DNA of 64,000 bases from a virus, in IMG/VR virus record IMGVR_UViG_3300021961_000019, one strand, 5' to 3'. Below the pieces are notes generated by a model. It saw only the letters and a list, made by a program, of their open reading frames with translations, had not been told where the DNA came from and made no database searches. Of the stretch, positions 25,281 to 34,897 are shown in pieces. The first letter of the stretch is position 1, and each line of letters opens with the position of its first letter. The translations under genes were made by a program, and so were the position numbers.

Positions 25281-26669
25281 CTAGAATTTAAAAGAGTCAA
25301 ATTTTTTGTTTTGGAATTTTTCCTCAGTCCTATCATTATAGTCAATATCATGTCCGCTGTCAACTAAATCATTCTGAGCGGTCTGCTCAACATCATACAG
25401 TCTCATCTTTGCTCTGTCAATACCAACCACAAACCTCTTGTAGACTGTCGGATCATTATAACGATTCTTAAGTTGCTTTACAAGGATTTGTCCGAGTTGC
25501 TCCAGATCTTCAGTAGAAATAAGGGCAAACATAAGATCAGCAGTAGCAGGGAGGCCAAAGGATTCACTAGTATCAGTAAGTTCGACATCGTTGCTACTAT
25601 AACCAGAACGAGTGGTCTGCGTGGCAGAAACGATAGGGACGTTTGCTTCAACAGCCAATCCTCTAAGCTCTTCAGCAATTGCTTTGATATAGCTATATGA
25701 ATTGACAGAAAGGTTCGTCCTATACCTAGAGGAAGAACATATATTAAGGTAATCAACGAAAATAATATCAGGACAAAATGACTTTTTAAGATGTAAATCA
25801 TTTAACAACGACCTAAAGTGCCCAGAATGTGCAGAAGCAGTTGGATATTCCTTAATTATAAGAGTACCTTGCGTCTTCTTTGAAAGTTTATTGACTTTTG
25901 TTTCAAACATATCTTTTGGCAGTTTCACAATATCCTGAATCGGAACGTTCAAAAGATTTGCATCGATTCTTTCTGCGATTTTTTCTTCAGACATCTCCAT
26001 CGTAATATACAAAACATTTTTGCCTTGAAGCAAAACTGCTGCTGCCATATGACACATGAATAAAGATTTGCCCACACCAGTTCCTGCGAGGGCAATATTT
26101 AAAGTCTTTCTTGGAAGACCACCTTTAGTAATCTTGTTGAAGTAATCCAGATCAAATGGAATACGATCTTCCTTTCTATGATAACTCTCATATCTTGCTT
26201 CAAAGTCATTCAAATAATCATGACCGATATGATTGTCAAAAGAAACTGCTAATGCATCTTGTAAGATGGAAGGAATGGAATCCCTAGATCTTTTTTCATC
26301 CTTGCCATCAGCGATTGAAATTGCATCAATCAACGACAAGTAAATAGCACGATCTCTACACCACTTTTCGGTAGTGTTTACCAACCAAGAATATTCAGAA
26401 ACACTCTCATCCAAAGATTGAATGAGACCGCGAATATCTTTGAATTCAGAATCATTAATATCCTTCCTATTCTCAACTTCAATAGAAAGGACCTCCTTCG
26501 TTGCAGTTTTATTATACTCCTCAATAAAGGATCGTATTTCTTCAAATACAATTCTCTGATTCTTATCCTCAAAATATTCCGCCTTAATAAAGGGTATTAC
26601 CTTTCGGCAATACTCCTCATTGTATACTAAGTTCTTAAGGATTAGAAGTTCAATTGTTTCCATTATCAA
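25281..26669 (-). CDS. gp41: Replicative DNA helicase (T4 gp41-like)
   Basis: AGTGVGKS Walker A, VDYLNI, SATQTTRSG, DLTDTSESFGLPATAD-like motif. Confidence 0.96.
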   Translation of the reverse strand: MIMETIELLILKNLVYNEEYCRKVIPFIKAEYFEDKNQRIVFEEIRSFIEEYNKTATKEVLSIEVENRKDINDSEFKDIRGLIQSLDESVSEYSWLVNTTEKWCRDRAIYLSLIDAISIADGKDEKRSRDSIPSILQDALAVSFDNHIGHDYLNDFEARYESYHRKEDRIPFDLDYFNKITKGGLPRKTLNIALAGTGVGKSLFMCHMAAAVLLQGKNVLYITMEMSEEKIAERIDANLLNVPIQDIVKLPKDMFETKVNKLSKKTQGTLIIKEYPTASAHSGHFRSLLNDLHLKKSFCPDIIFVDYLNICSSSRYRTNLSVNSYSYIKAIAEELRGLAVEANVPIVSATQTTRSGYSSNDVELTDTSESFGLPATADLMFALISTEDLEQLGQILVKQLKNRYNDPTVYKRFVVGIDRAKMRLYDVEQTAQNDLVDSGHDIDYNDRTEEKFQNKKFDSFKF

Positions 26670-26687
26670 TAATTCAAGTTTTTACTA

Positions 26688-27692
26688 TCAAGAACCGTAA
26701 CTAAATTCCCTCCGAGCAACCTCATCAAGTTTTTCCATCACTTCTGGAGTGAAATAGATCTCAGGATCTTTCAGGATTGACTTTGCATAAACCTTTTTGC
26801 CGTCAAACTCATAACGACCCGCTACATTCTTCCAGAGTCCACCAAGTTCACCAAGTTCCAAAAGACCATAAAAACGATCAAGGCCGCGCTCATCATAATA
26901 CAAACGGACTTCAACATCCTTATTCTCCTTACTTAAACGCGACTTATGAGTTTTTGCCTTGATAATATTTCCAACGACTTCTGTTCCGTCTTTTTCTTTT
27001 TTCTTTGTGAGATAGATGATCGTGGAAGCAGCATACTTAAGACCACTACCTCCACCCATCTCTTTTGTAGGAACGTAGGCACCGATAACATCATATGTGT
27101 GATTAGTAACCAGCATTGGAATGTTTGCTTGACCCAGTTTTAGGGTCAGCATCCGGAATGCACCTTTAATCAGTTGAGATTTTGTCATGTCGCGAACTTG
27201 TTTGTCGTTCAGCGCGTCTGTGATCTCCTTCTCTGTTGAGAGCATACCTAAAGAGTCTAGCACGAACATGCAGGGTTGTCTATCGTCTTCTGGTTTCTTA
27301 AGATAGAGGTCTACTGCCTTAAGTGCTTTACTTCGAAATTCTTCTACTGTGACAACATTAACCACGACAAGACGTGATGTATCGACGCCGCGACTTGTAA
27401 GTAATGACTTGGTGATAGCAGCCTCAGTATCAAAATATAAACAGTATCCAGTAGGATTAGTATCAAGAAAATTCTTAACCACGGCAAGAGAAAAGAAAGT
27501 TTTTCCCGTAGAAGACTCACCCGCAATTGCTGTGATTTTATTAGCAGATACACCACCAAAAACACTCCCACTAACAAGAGCGTTAAATATGTACGAACCT
27601 GTGTCAACATAATTTTCAGTCTCATCAATTTCAGATGCCAATTTGGTGTAATCATCACCAATTTCTTTAACAATATCCTTAAGAAAGTCCAT
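26688..27692 (-). CDS. uvsX: UvsX RecA-like recombinase
   Basis: GESSTGKT, LDSLGML, MGGGSGLKYAAS; start reassigned to MDFLK. Confidence 0.95.
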   Translation of the reverse strand: MDFLKDIVKEIGDDYTKLASEIDETENYVDTGSYIFNALVSGSVFGGVSANKITAIAGESSTGKTFFSLAVVKNFLDTNPTGYCLYFDTEAAITKSLLTSRGVDTSRLVVVNVVTVEEFRSKALKAVDLYLKKPEDDRQPCMFVLDSLGMLSTEKEITDALNDKQVRDMTKSQLIKGAFRMLTLKLGQANIPMLVTNHTYDVIGAYVPTKEMGGGSGLKYAASTIIYLTKKKEKDGTEVVGNIIKAKTHKSRLSKENKDVEVRLYYDERGLDRFYGLLELGELGGLWKNVAGRYEFDGKKVYAKSILKDPEIYFTPEVMEKLDEVARREFSYGS

Positions 27693-27852
27693 ACGTGCGC
27701 TCCGCTTCACTGACAATAACTGCGTCTCTATCTTCCAATTCTTTTTTATATGCCGGAACTTCTTCTGGCTTATGATATCCAATAAAAATAACTTGTGGAT
27801 ATTTTTTATAATAAAATTGTATCTCTATAAGAGGTTCGTGTTTGTGTTTCAT
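27679..27852 (-). CDS. 57-aa hypothetical protein
   Basis: Read manually: MKHKHEPLIEIQFYYKKYPQVIFIGYHKPEEVPAY...; start abuts the gp43 stop. Confidence 0.45.
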   Translation of the reverse strand: MKHKHEPLIEIQFYYKKYPQVIFIGYHKPEEVPAYKKELEDRDAVIVSEAERTYGLS

Positions 27853-30347
27853 TATAGGAAAAATGATTCCAGATTTGTGCTTTTTTCAACTCTCCACCCA
27901 ATAGCATCCAAGATAATCCTAAGTGGTTCCAGGAAAGACTTCTCAAATTGTAAGTTGTAATCAACATACATGTCAAGTCCAAATTCCTTTGGAAGAGTCT
28001 GAATGAATGAAATAACATTCTCATGAATTGGATTTGGTTTTTTCAAGTAACAAAACTTGATTTTTTCACCATTTTGTATAGGTGAATATTTATTGGAAAC
28101 TCCTTTATCATTCACATAATGATTATATAAAAGAGCACCTCTAACATGAATTGGAGTTCCTTTAGCATAAATGTTGCTATAAGAACGGTACTTGTTCACA
28201 TCAGAAACTGAACGTGGGAAAGCAATCTCTTCTGCTGGAAGTTTTTTAAAGTCAGAACGACACTTATCAATATAATTGATTACATCATCCTCAGTACCTT
28301 CAACCATCATCCTAAGAGCATCCTTAATCATTTGTCTGCAAGGTGCTGGTGTTGAAGACTTAATTGCCTCCAATCCCATAATCTTCAGTTTAGACTTTTC
28401 GTAGCGAACACCTTCACTATCCCACACGTTAAGAATGTAACGCTTCTTGGCAGTCCAGATTCCACGATCCGCAATATTCTCACGTTTCATGAACATCTTC
28501 TGGTCATACGCATTCACGTATTCGGCCAGTTCTTTGTAAGAACCCTCAATATACTTCTCAAATTCCAACGTACAGACCTTATCAAGGAACGAAACAACGC
28601 CCTCAGTAGTTTTCTCTCTTCCGGCGAATATAGTCTCAACAAAAGGACCCATATTAAGATAGATGGAATCAGTATCTGAAGCAATAACATAATCAACTCC
28701 TTCGGTCTTAAGAATCTTATTCAAGTATGTATTCATTCGATTTTCGATCCAGCGGATAGATACTTGCCCAGAAAGTGTAATTGCTTCTGCATTCGCGAGT
28801 TTGTAATATCGAAAATACTGATTACCGATAGCACCATAAGCAGAGTTGAGCTGAATCTTACGAGCCATCTGGATATTGTTACACCGTGCAATTTCCTTCT
28901 CAAGGGATTTTGTGGGAGTTTTTTCATACTCTCGTTTCGCTGCAAGCATTTTCTTTTTATAGATCGTTCTCTCCTTATAGATCTTCTCCATCAATTCTGG
29001 AAGAAATCCACGCTTTGTAGTGTCAAACAGAGCGCCATTTGCGCAAACTGTTCTCCCATCAAGATCAGAAAGATCTACTTCCTTATTCAAGATTTTTGAA
29101 ACAGATACTTGCGGATGACGTTCATCAAGCAAAGTCTCAGGACTAATGTTATATTGCATGATCAAGTGTGGATATAGAGAGTTAAGGTCAAAACTCACCA
29201 CCCAATCATAGACGCCCGGTTTTGGTTCCTTTACATATGCTCCTGCATATTTTTCATTCTTAGCGGTTCTCTCCTTAGGTGGAATTACAATATTCCTCTT
29301 CTTCAAGTAATTGAAGATAATATTGTCCCACATGCGAACCTGATAGAACACATCCACAAAGTTCACCTTTGCGTCAAATGCCATAGTAATGGCGAGTTCA
29401 ATCAACTTCATCTTGTCTTCCAATCGGTCAACAAGTTCCACGTCAACGATGTTATATTCTACAAATTTCTGCCAGTCGTTTGTATAGAAATCTTTGAACG
29501 TCTCATACTCAGAGTGGTCCAATTTCTTCTGACCAAGTTCGACAAAGGCAATATGATCCAATCGATAAGATTCTTGTGCCTTGTATGTAAACTTCTTATA
29601 AAGATCCAGATAGTCAAGTTGTGTCAATCCACCCACATCATAAACGATGTGCTCACGACCAGTTAAGACAATTTTGCCTTCAGTCACCAATCCCCAAGGA
29701 GAAAATCTACGAGCAAGTTTCTCACCAAGAACCTTATACAAGCGACCACAGATATATGGAACGTCATATAGTTGAACATTCCACCCGGTAATAACTTCAG
29801 GCAGATGTTCCATCCAATATTCCATAAACCTACTGAGAAGTTTATGTTCTGTATCACACTCAACGTATGTCAGGTTCTTTCTGTCATGCTTGAAAGGTTT
29901 CCTGCCCCAAGTCATCAGTTTCTTGGTGGCATAATCCTGAAGTGTGATTGTAAGAATTTCTTCTGAGCATGATGCCGTATCCGGGAATCCGTGCTCAGAT
30001 GCAACCTCAATATCAATTGTGGTCAGTTTAATCTTGTTGATGTCAAACTTAATCTCATCCTCAGGATACTTATCACTAATGTACTGACACACATAGCGAT
30101 CATTTCCATGGACTTTAAATCCTTCAACATTTTCATATCTGGAAAAGAAGTCCCTACAATCGCGCACAAGACCGGGTTGAACCTCTTCAACATACTCACC
30201 CTCTAGTGTCTGATATTTTGTTTTCTTCTTGGAAGGCACGTAAAGGGAAGGATAATACTCCTCCTTAAACATTACGTGCTTTCCATCTTCATATCCACGA
30301 ATCAGGAATTGATTCCCAATCATCTGTACATTTGTGTAGAAGCGCAT
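27852..30347 (-). CDS. gp43: Family B DNA polymerase (T4 gp43-like)
   Basis: Exonuclease DIEV, SFDLNSLYPH, KIQLNSAYG, ASDTDS. Confidence 0.97.
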   Translation of the reverse strand: MRFYTNVQMIGNQFLIRGYEDGKHVMFKEEYYPSLYVPSKKKTKYQTLEGEYVEEVQPGLVRDCRDFFSRYENVEGFKVHGNDRYVCQYISDKYPEDEIKFDINKIKLTTIDIEVASEHGFPDTASCSEEILTITLQDYATKKLMTWGRKPFKHDRKNLTYVECDTEHKLLSRFMEYWMEHLPEVITGWNVQLYDVPYICGRLYKVLGEKLARRFSPWGLVTEGKIVLTGREHIVYDVGGLTQLDYLDLYKKFTYKAQESYRLDHIAFVELGQKKLDHSEYETFKDFYTNDWQKFVEYNIVDVELVDRLEDKMKLIELAITMAFDAKVNFVDVFYQVRMWDNIIFNYLKKRNIVIPPKERTAKNEKYAGAYVKEPKPGVYDWVVSFDLNSLYPHLIMQYNISPETLLDERHPQVSVSKILNKEVDLSDLDGRTVCANGALFDTTKRGFLPELMEKIYKERTIYKKKMLAAKREYEKTPTKSLEKEIARCNNIQMARKIQLNSAYGAIGNQYFRYYKLANAEAITLSGQVSIRWIENRMNTYLNKILKTEGVDYVIASDTDSIYLNMGPFVETIFAGREKTTEGVVSFLDKVCTLEFEKYIEGSYKELAEYVNAYDQKMFMKRENIADRGIWTAKKRYILNVWDSEGVRYEKSKLKIMGLEAIKSSTPAPCRQMIKDALRMMVEGTEDDVINYIDKCRSDFKKLPAEEIAFPRSVSDVNKYRSYSNIYAKGTPIHVRGALLYNHYVNDKGVSNKYSPIQNGEKIKFCYLKKPNPIHENVISFIQTLPKEFGLDMYVDYNLQFEKSFLEPLRIILDAIGWRVEKSTNLESFFL

Positions 30348-30363
30348 TATATAAATCTAAAAT

Positions 30364-30591
30364 TCAAGAGTGATCGTTCTGATAGTGAGAGGATGTTACG
30401 ATGTCATCATAAGCGGTTGGTAGATTGCCGCAACTACCTTGTCTCGCCTTCATTCTATTCAGTTTATCAATACCTAGAAGGATTGCTTCATCATCGGTAA
30501 TGATTGAAGAGAGTTGCCTCTTCTCATTTGTTGAGCGTGGTTGGCGCAACTCACATTTATGGTAAGATTCTTTTCGATACGTTCTGCTCAT
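30364..30591 (-). CDS. 75-aa hypothetical protein
   Basis: Internal ATG MSRTYRKE overlapping the upstream stop. Confidence 0.55.
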   Translation of the reverse strand: MSRTYRKESYHKCELRQPRSTNEKRQLSSIITDDEAILLGIDKLNRMKARQGSCGNLPTAYDDIVTSSHYQNDHS

Positions 30592-30860
30592 TTTACTAGG
30601 CTCCAATACTTTTCTTCAATAACTCCCTTCGGTTTAACCAGAGTTAGAATTTTATCGGATGAAATCATATACGAATTCTCATTCGTATATTCCATTAACC
30701 AAGGCTCCAAAGTGATATTATTTGAATCAACCTTGAGAACAAATGGTTCAACTAATTTGCAGTTTGGATCTCCAATTTCTGCATATACTTCTTCAATCTG
30801 AGAGACCAACACTAAGCTCCCGGTCAAGATCAGAACTCTCAGCAACTTCCCCTCTTCCAT
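30588..30860 (-). CDS. 90-aa small beta-barrel (Sm-like) hypothetical protein
   Basis: L.TG..LVSQIEE...C.LVEP...W pattern. Confidence 0.7.
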   Translation of the reverse strand: MEEGKLLRVLILTGSLVLVSQIEEVYAEIGDPNCKLVEPFVLKVDSNNITLEPWLMEYTNENSYMISSDKILTLVKPKGVIEEKYWSLVK

Positions 30861-31140
30861 CTAAAACCTCATTCAGATACATGTTCTTCAAACTTTCTAC
30901 GGGTTCAACCACCGTAACTACCCAATCTGTAATAATCGGGACTACTTTATCTGCCGACAAACTAGGCCAACTACACAGGGTCAGATTAATTTTGTCGGGG
31001 GCATTATCAGTTGGCGGAGCAATAAGAACTTCACATGGATGCTCAAGAATATAAGTCACCACACGATCATCCACATACCCCTCCTTAATATCGGAGATGA
31101 CATGCTCACCCGATTTCAAAATTGCAAGTTTAACGCTCAT
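30793..31140 (-). CDS. 115-aa small beta-barrel (Sm-like) hypothetical protein
   Basis: VKLAILKSGEHVISD...VEP pattern. Confidence 0.7.
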   Translation of the reverse strand: MSVKLAILKSGEHVISDIKEGYVDDRVVTYILEHPCEVLIAPPTDNAPDKINLTLCSWPSLSADKVVPIITDWVVTVVEPVESLKNMYLNEVLDGRGEVAESSDLDRELSVGLSD

Positions 31141-31176
31141 TCAACCTCCTATACACACATCTATCATAGCACGGAA

Positions 31177-31887
31177 TTACCTGAGAGACAAGCTGTTGAC
31201 CTTAAGATTTCTTAAATGCTCACTCATCTTATCAAGATATCCGCGATTACGCAACTCCTTGAACACCAGATTTTCTACAGCAAATTCACCTCCCTTCTGA
31301 ATCGAAGATGATCTCATGTTTCTAAACTTTTCCTTAAGTTTCATGAATGCATCACGATCATCTGCACGATTATTAATCAAGAAATCAATCTTTTCCATAT
31401 AATGCTTAACCTTACTAGCAATACACGGATCTGAAAGATTGACTTGTTTATGAACTGGTTTGCGGATCCACTTACTTTTTTGTAGGGAAAAAATTCCCTG
31501 ATCTGATGGGAAAGGTTCTCTAATGTCTTGAGCATACAATTCTACATCATGTCCATATATTTTAATGTCATGAGTTAATGCCCACAGTTGCTTCTTATCT
31601 TTCAAGTAGTCATCAATTAAATCTGGGCAATTAGCAATCTCTCTCTTGTCAACCAGTAGATGCAAATCCAAATCAGAATATTTTGTATAGTTGTAATTTG
31701 CATTTCCACCAACCAGAGTAATATCCTTAATTGCAGAATTTGGAATATTAGCAAATTCTGCCCACTCACCAGCGATACGCAAAAGTGCTTCTCTAACATC
31801 AACTTTAATATTATCATCATCCCAGACTTTAGGATTTAGTCGGTCATGATAGCGTAAGGTTAATTGTAATTCTTTAAATGTTTTCAT
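31177..31887 (-). CDS. Pol-beta superfamily nucleotidyltransferase
   Basis: GGNANYNYTKYSDLDLH (G[GS]x9DxD) plus distal HDVE; N-terminus MKTFKE. Confidence 0.85.
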   Translation of the reverse strand: MKTFKELQLTLRYHDRLNPKVWDDDNIKVDVREALLRIAGEWAEFANIPNSAIKDITLVGGNANYNYTKYSDLDLHLLVDKREIANCPDLIDDYLKDKKQLWALTHDIKIYGHDVELYAQDIREPFPSDQGIFSLQKSKWIRKPVHKQVNLSDPCIASKVKHYMEKIDFLINNRADDRDAFMKLKEKFRNMRSSSIQKGGEFAVENLVFKELRNRGYLDKMSEHLRNLKVNSLSLR

Positions 31888-31901
31888 CTTAGAGAAACCC
31901 A

Positions 31902-31943
31902 GAAAAAGAGGAAGATTCCTTGATATGTGCCAAAGAATCTTCC
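31902..31943 (-). terminator. Hairpin plus T-rich tail after hsp20
   Basis: GGAAGATTC...GAATCTTCC followed by TCTTTTT. Confidence 0.55.
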
Positions 31944-31973
31944 GCGCCGACGATATTCAATACTATTTAGAAT

Positions 31974-32408
31974 TTACAAATAATCCCGTCTCTTATGAGT
32001 CTCCGGCACAATTTTTCCAAGAACAATACTCAATAGACCATCCTCAAATTCAACTGATCTAACTTCCGTATCATCTGAGAGAGTCCATGCTCGGGTGAAA
32101 GATCGTTGAGCCAGTCCTTTGTGGACATACTCCGTTTCCGTTTCTTTGTCTTCCTTTTGTCCCTCAACGAATAATTTTCCGTCCTGTGTGTATACAAAGA
32201 CCTCTTTTTTCTTAAATCCCGCGAGGGCGATCTCCAATCTCGATTCGACATTGCTTACACTTACTAGATTATAGGGTGGATAATTTGAAGTTGTTTCATG
32301 TAGGTTGAATAACCTATTAAAATATTCATCCATTCCAATACTATTGCGCGTGATTCTATCCATCAACGCAGGCAAATCGGCCGCAGTATAGCGTGAGAGG
32401 TTTGTCAT
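31974..32408 (-). CDS. hsp20: Small heat-shock protein
   Basis: NYPPYN, EIALAGF, HKGLAQRSF, DGLLSI. Confidence 0.95.
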   Translation of the reverse strand: MTNLSRYTAADLPALMDRITRNSIGMDEYFNRLFNLHETTSNYPPYNLVSVSNVESRLEIALAGFKKKEVFVYTQDGKLFVEGQKEDKETETEYVHKGLAQRSFTRAWTLSDDTEVRSVEFEDGLLSIVLGKIVPETHKRRDYL

Positions 32409-32538
32409 TATAGTAGCTCCTTAAATAAGCGAGTTTGTGTTTTGTGGACCCTTTCGGCATCCACTATTAATTATAACACATAGCATAAAAAATGGGGGTC
32501 GTAAACCCCCACCAAAAAGTTTGGTTAACCGAAATATA

Positions 32539-32964
32539 TCATTCGGCAGACCTATTTCTTTTTCCAATATTATATTTCTGCTCCAAAATCCACTCACCTT
32601 TATCGCGGTAAGGAAGAACTTTGATTTGATTCAAAGGTGCAATATCAAACACCTGATCAGGATTTACAATTGTAACCAAATCCCAATCGGCAAGAAGTTG
32701 TGTAATTCTATTTCTTCTCTGAATGTCATTAATCGTAAGGTTTGCATGTTTGCCATCAAGAGCAAACAATTCCTTGAAATGAACAAGATAATATCTTCCC
32801 TGCTTATGCAGAATGTGGCAGGATTGATAGAGTTTCTTCTCTTTCCGGGAAGCAACTCCAATTCTTGTCAGGGTCTCCCGGACCTTAAGAAAATCATCTG
32901 GTTCATTTAAAAGAACCTCAACCATCATAGATGGGTTCCATTCCACAACTGGTTCAATAGTCAT
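32539..32964 (-). CDS. regA: RegA translational repressor
   Basis: DDFLKVRETLTRIG, SCHILHKQGRYY. Confidence 0.96.
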   Translation of the reverse strand: MTIEPVVEWNPSMMVEVLLNEPDDFLKVRETLTRIGVASRKEKKLYQSCHILHKQGRYYLVHFKELFALDGKHANLTINDIQRRNRITQLLADWDLVTIVNPDQVFDIAPLNQIKVLPYRDKGEWILEQKYNIGKRNRSAE

Positions 32965-33341
32965 TTTGCACCGCCAATATCAAGTTTACGTTTAATAAGT
33001 GTAATTTGTTGACTAGTTAAGATTTTTAGTGCTTGTTGTGCTTTCTGTGTACTATATCCATAGTAAGTTTTGACACATTCAAGATCATCAACTTTTTCTT
33101 TCCTAATCCAAGGAGAATAGCGTTTCCTTTTTCTCAAAGTATTTATAAGAAAATCATATTGCATCTTCTTTGGCAGAAAATGATACACATTCATCTCATT
33201 TGCAAAAAGCAAACTATCAATCTGCCCACTTAAACAACGGTTAATAATATACGGTGCATATTCCTTCTCAAGTGAAGGATCCTCATCAATCAGATTCTCT
33301 TTAGTTTGATTGATTGAGTTCAACCAGTCCTTCAATTCCAT
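32961..33341 (-). CDS. gp62: Clamp loader small subunit
   Basis: Y.PYIINRCLS...FANEMN...QYDFL...KRKRYSPW; start reassigned to MELKD. Confidence 0.92.
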   Translation of the reverse strand: MELKDWLNSINQTKENLIDEDPSLEKEYAPYIINRCLSGQIDSLLFANEMNVYHFLPKKMQYDFLINTLRKRKRYSPWIRKEKVDDLECVKTYYGYSTQKAQQALKILTSQQITLIKRKLDIGGAK

Positions 33342-34173
33342 AATTAAATAGTAGCAATTCTTTACGTTTCTTTTGATCTCGCATATATTCACCAACTGAA
33401 CGCATGGTGTAAGTTAGATCAAACTCGGCGGCATTCCAGTTCTCAAAGCGACTCTTTACCAACTGATCAGAATTATAACTGATTAATTGATGCATATTAC
33501 AAGAATCGCAATCAACAGCAAACCTATCGTGATCAAATCCTTTGTGCATTGATCCTTTACGCCCATAGAGGTTGTCCTTAATATCATAAGGAGGATCAAG
33601 ATAAACAAAAGCACTCTCATCCCCACCCAACAAATAGTCGTAAGAATAGTTAGTGATCTTCCACCTAGAAATCAGTTCAGAATATTCGGGGAGTCTCTCT
33701 ATTCCGCGCAAAGAGAAGTTGGAGTTGCTCGCTTGGGCAGAAAAGGATGAGGACTCTGTGAGACCAGAAAAAGAGCACTTGTTAACAACATAAAAAGCAA
33801 CGGCACGATCAAAGGATGATACTTCTGGTTCATTAATTTTCTCCTTAGAGATTGTGAAAAGTTGCCTTGCCTTATCTGGTGTATCACAAACTGCCTTTAG
33901 ATCTGCCAGGGCAGTTGACATTTCACTCCCAAACATTTGGAGCTGTTGCCAAAAGTTTACCAGCGGTTCATACAAATCATTCACCCAGATATTCAAATCT
34001 GGATATTTCTTGGTGATATGAATTGCAACACTTCCACCACCAATAAATGGTTCACGAAACTCTCTATACTCACTAAGATCTGGAAAATATGCGTCCATCT
34101 TATTAACCGCCCTACTCTTGCCGCCAGGGTATCGGAGAGGTGTTTTTAGCGATTTTTGAGTGAGAATTGTCAT
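33301..34173 (-). CDS. dam: DNA adenine methyltransferase (Dam/D12 class)
   Basis: RYPGGKS, EPFIGGGSV, YLDPPY. Confidence 0.93.
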   Translation of the reverse strand: MTILTQKSLKTPLRYPGGKSRAVNKMDAYFPDLSEYREFREPFIGGGSVAIHITKKYPDLNIWVNDLYEPLVNFWQQLQMFGSEMSTALADLKAVCDTPDKARQLFTISKEKINEPEVSSFDRAVAFYVVNKCSFSGLTESSSFSAQASNSNFSLRGIERLPEYSELISRWKITNYSYDYLLGGDESAFVYLDPPYDIKDNLYGRKGSMHKGFDHDRFAVDCDSCNMHQLISYNSDQLVKSRFENWNAAEFDLTYTMRSVGEYMRDQKKRKELLLFNYGIEGLVELNQSN

Positions 34174-34177
34174 AATA

Positions 34178-34477
34178 TCAGGTAATCAGTTTCTTGGACG
34201 GTTTAACAATCGGGGATGGATTGAAGAACCTATCATAGTATTCTAACACACCCTCTTCAGGGTCTGCAACATAAACAACGAAGCGACGATCAACCACAAG
34301 TTCTTTCTGCTTCTGACTCAGAATTGGAGACCAAGGAGCAAATCCAAGTTGACCATTTCCTGCAGGAACCGCGACCAGAGCATTATGAATCGCAAGTGAA
34401 TTACCCCGATCTTCCAAAAGTTCTGCAAGGACATCCTCACCAGAGGACATACGAATCAATTTAACATTCATTTTCAA
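34178..34477 (-). CDS. 99-aa small beta-barrel hypothetical protein
   Basis: VKLIRMSSGEDVLAE...FAPW pattern. Confidence 0.75.
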   Translation of the reverse strand: MKMNVKLIRMSSGEDVLAELLEDRGNSLAIHNALVAVPAGNGQLGFAPWSPILSQKQKELVVDRRFVVYVADPEEGVLEYYDRFFNPSPIVKPSKKLIT

Positions 34478-34662
34478 ATACCTCTAAAATTTGCATTACG
34501 AACATAGTTGGTAAATTCTTCTGCCATCATACGATATCCAGAACCAACATAAATCTGACCAGATACTACCGCTACTGCGCAGATGCCCCAGAAGATGTAA
34601 TACCACTTCGACTTAACTTGATACTTTCTCAAATATTCAAGTTCATTCTGCTTCTTTCCCAT
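34474..34662 (-). CDS. 62-aa small membrane protein
   Basis: WYYIFWGICAVAVVSGQIYVG TM segment. Confidence 0.7.
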   Translation of the reverse strand: MGKKQNELEYLRKYQVKSKWYYIFWGICAVAVVSGQIYVGSGYRMMAEEFTNYVRNANFRGI

Positions 34663-34668
34663 AATAAA

Positions 34669-34890
34669 TTAAATGCTTGTGGGACACTTCGTTAGGACGG
34701 TTGCAACAGCAGCTGCTTGCAATCCGGGACTTTTTTCAACAACCCGATTAACTTCTTTTGCACCATATTTATCGGCAGCTTTGCCATAAGCAATCAACAC
34801 TGCTTTCACAGTATCAACCCCACGGGCGCGGGAAGAACAGAAGTCTCCAGACATGAATTGTAAAAGTGTCAATAATGTTAAAGTTGCCAT
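34669..34890 (-). CDS. 73-aa exported-looking hypothetical protein with Cys pair
   Basis: Hydrophobic N-terminus, FC...KCP. Confidence 0.6.
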   Translation of the reverse strand: MATLTLLTLLQFMSGDFCSSRARGVDTVKAVLIAYGKAADKYGAKEVNRVVEKSPGLQAAAVATVLTKCPTSI

Positions 34891-34897
34891 AATAACC

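Noticed and set aside
10746-30347. Possible introns or inteins in nrdA, nrdB, gp41 and gp43
   Set aside because: All are single uninterrupted ORFs of ordinary length with contiguous motifs
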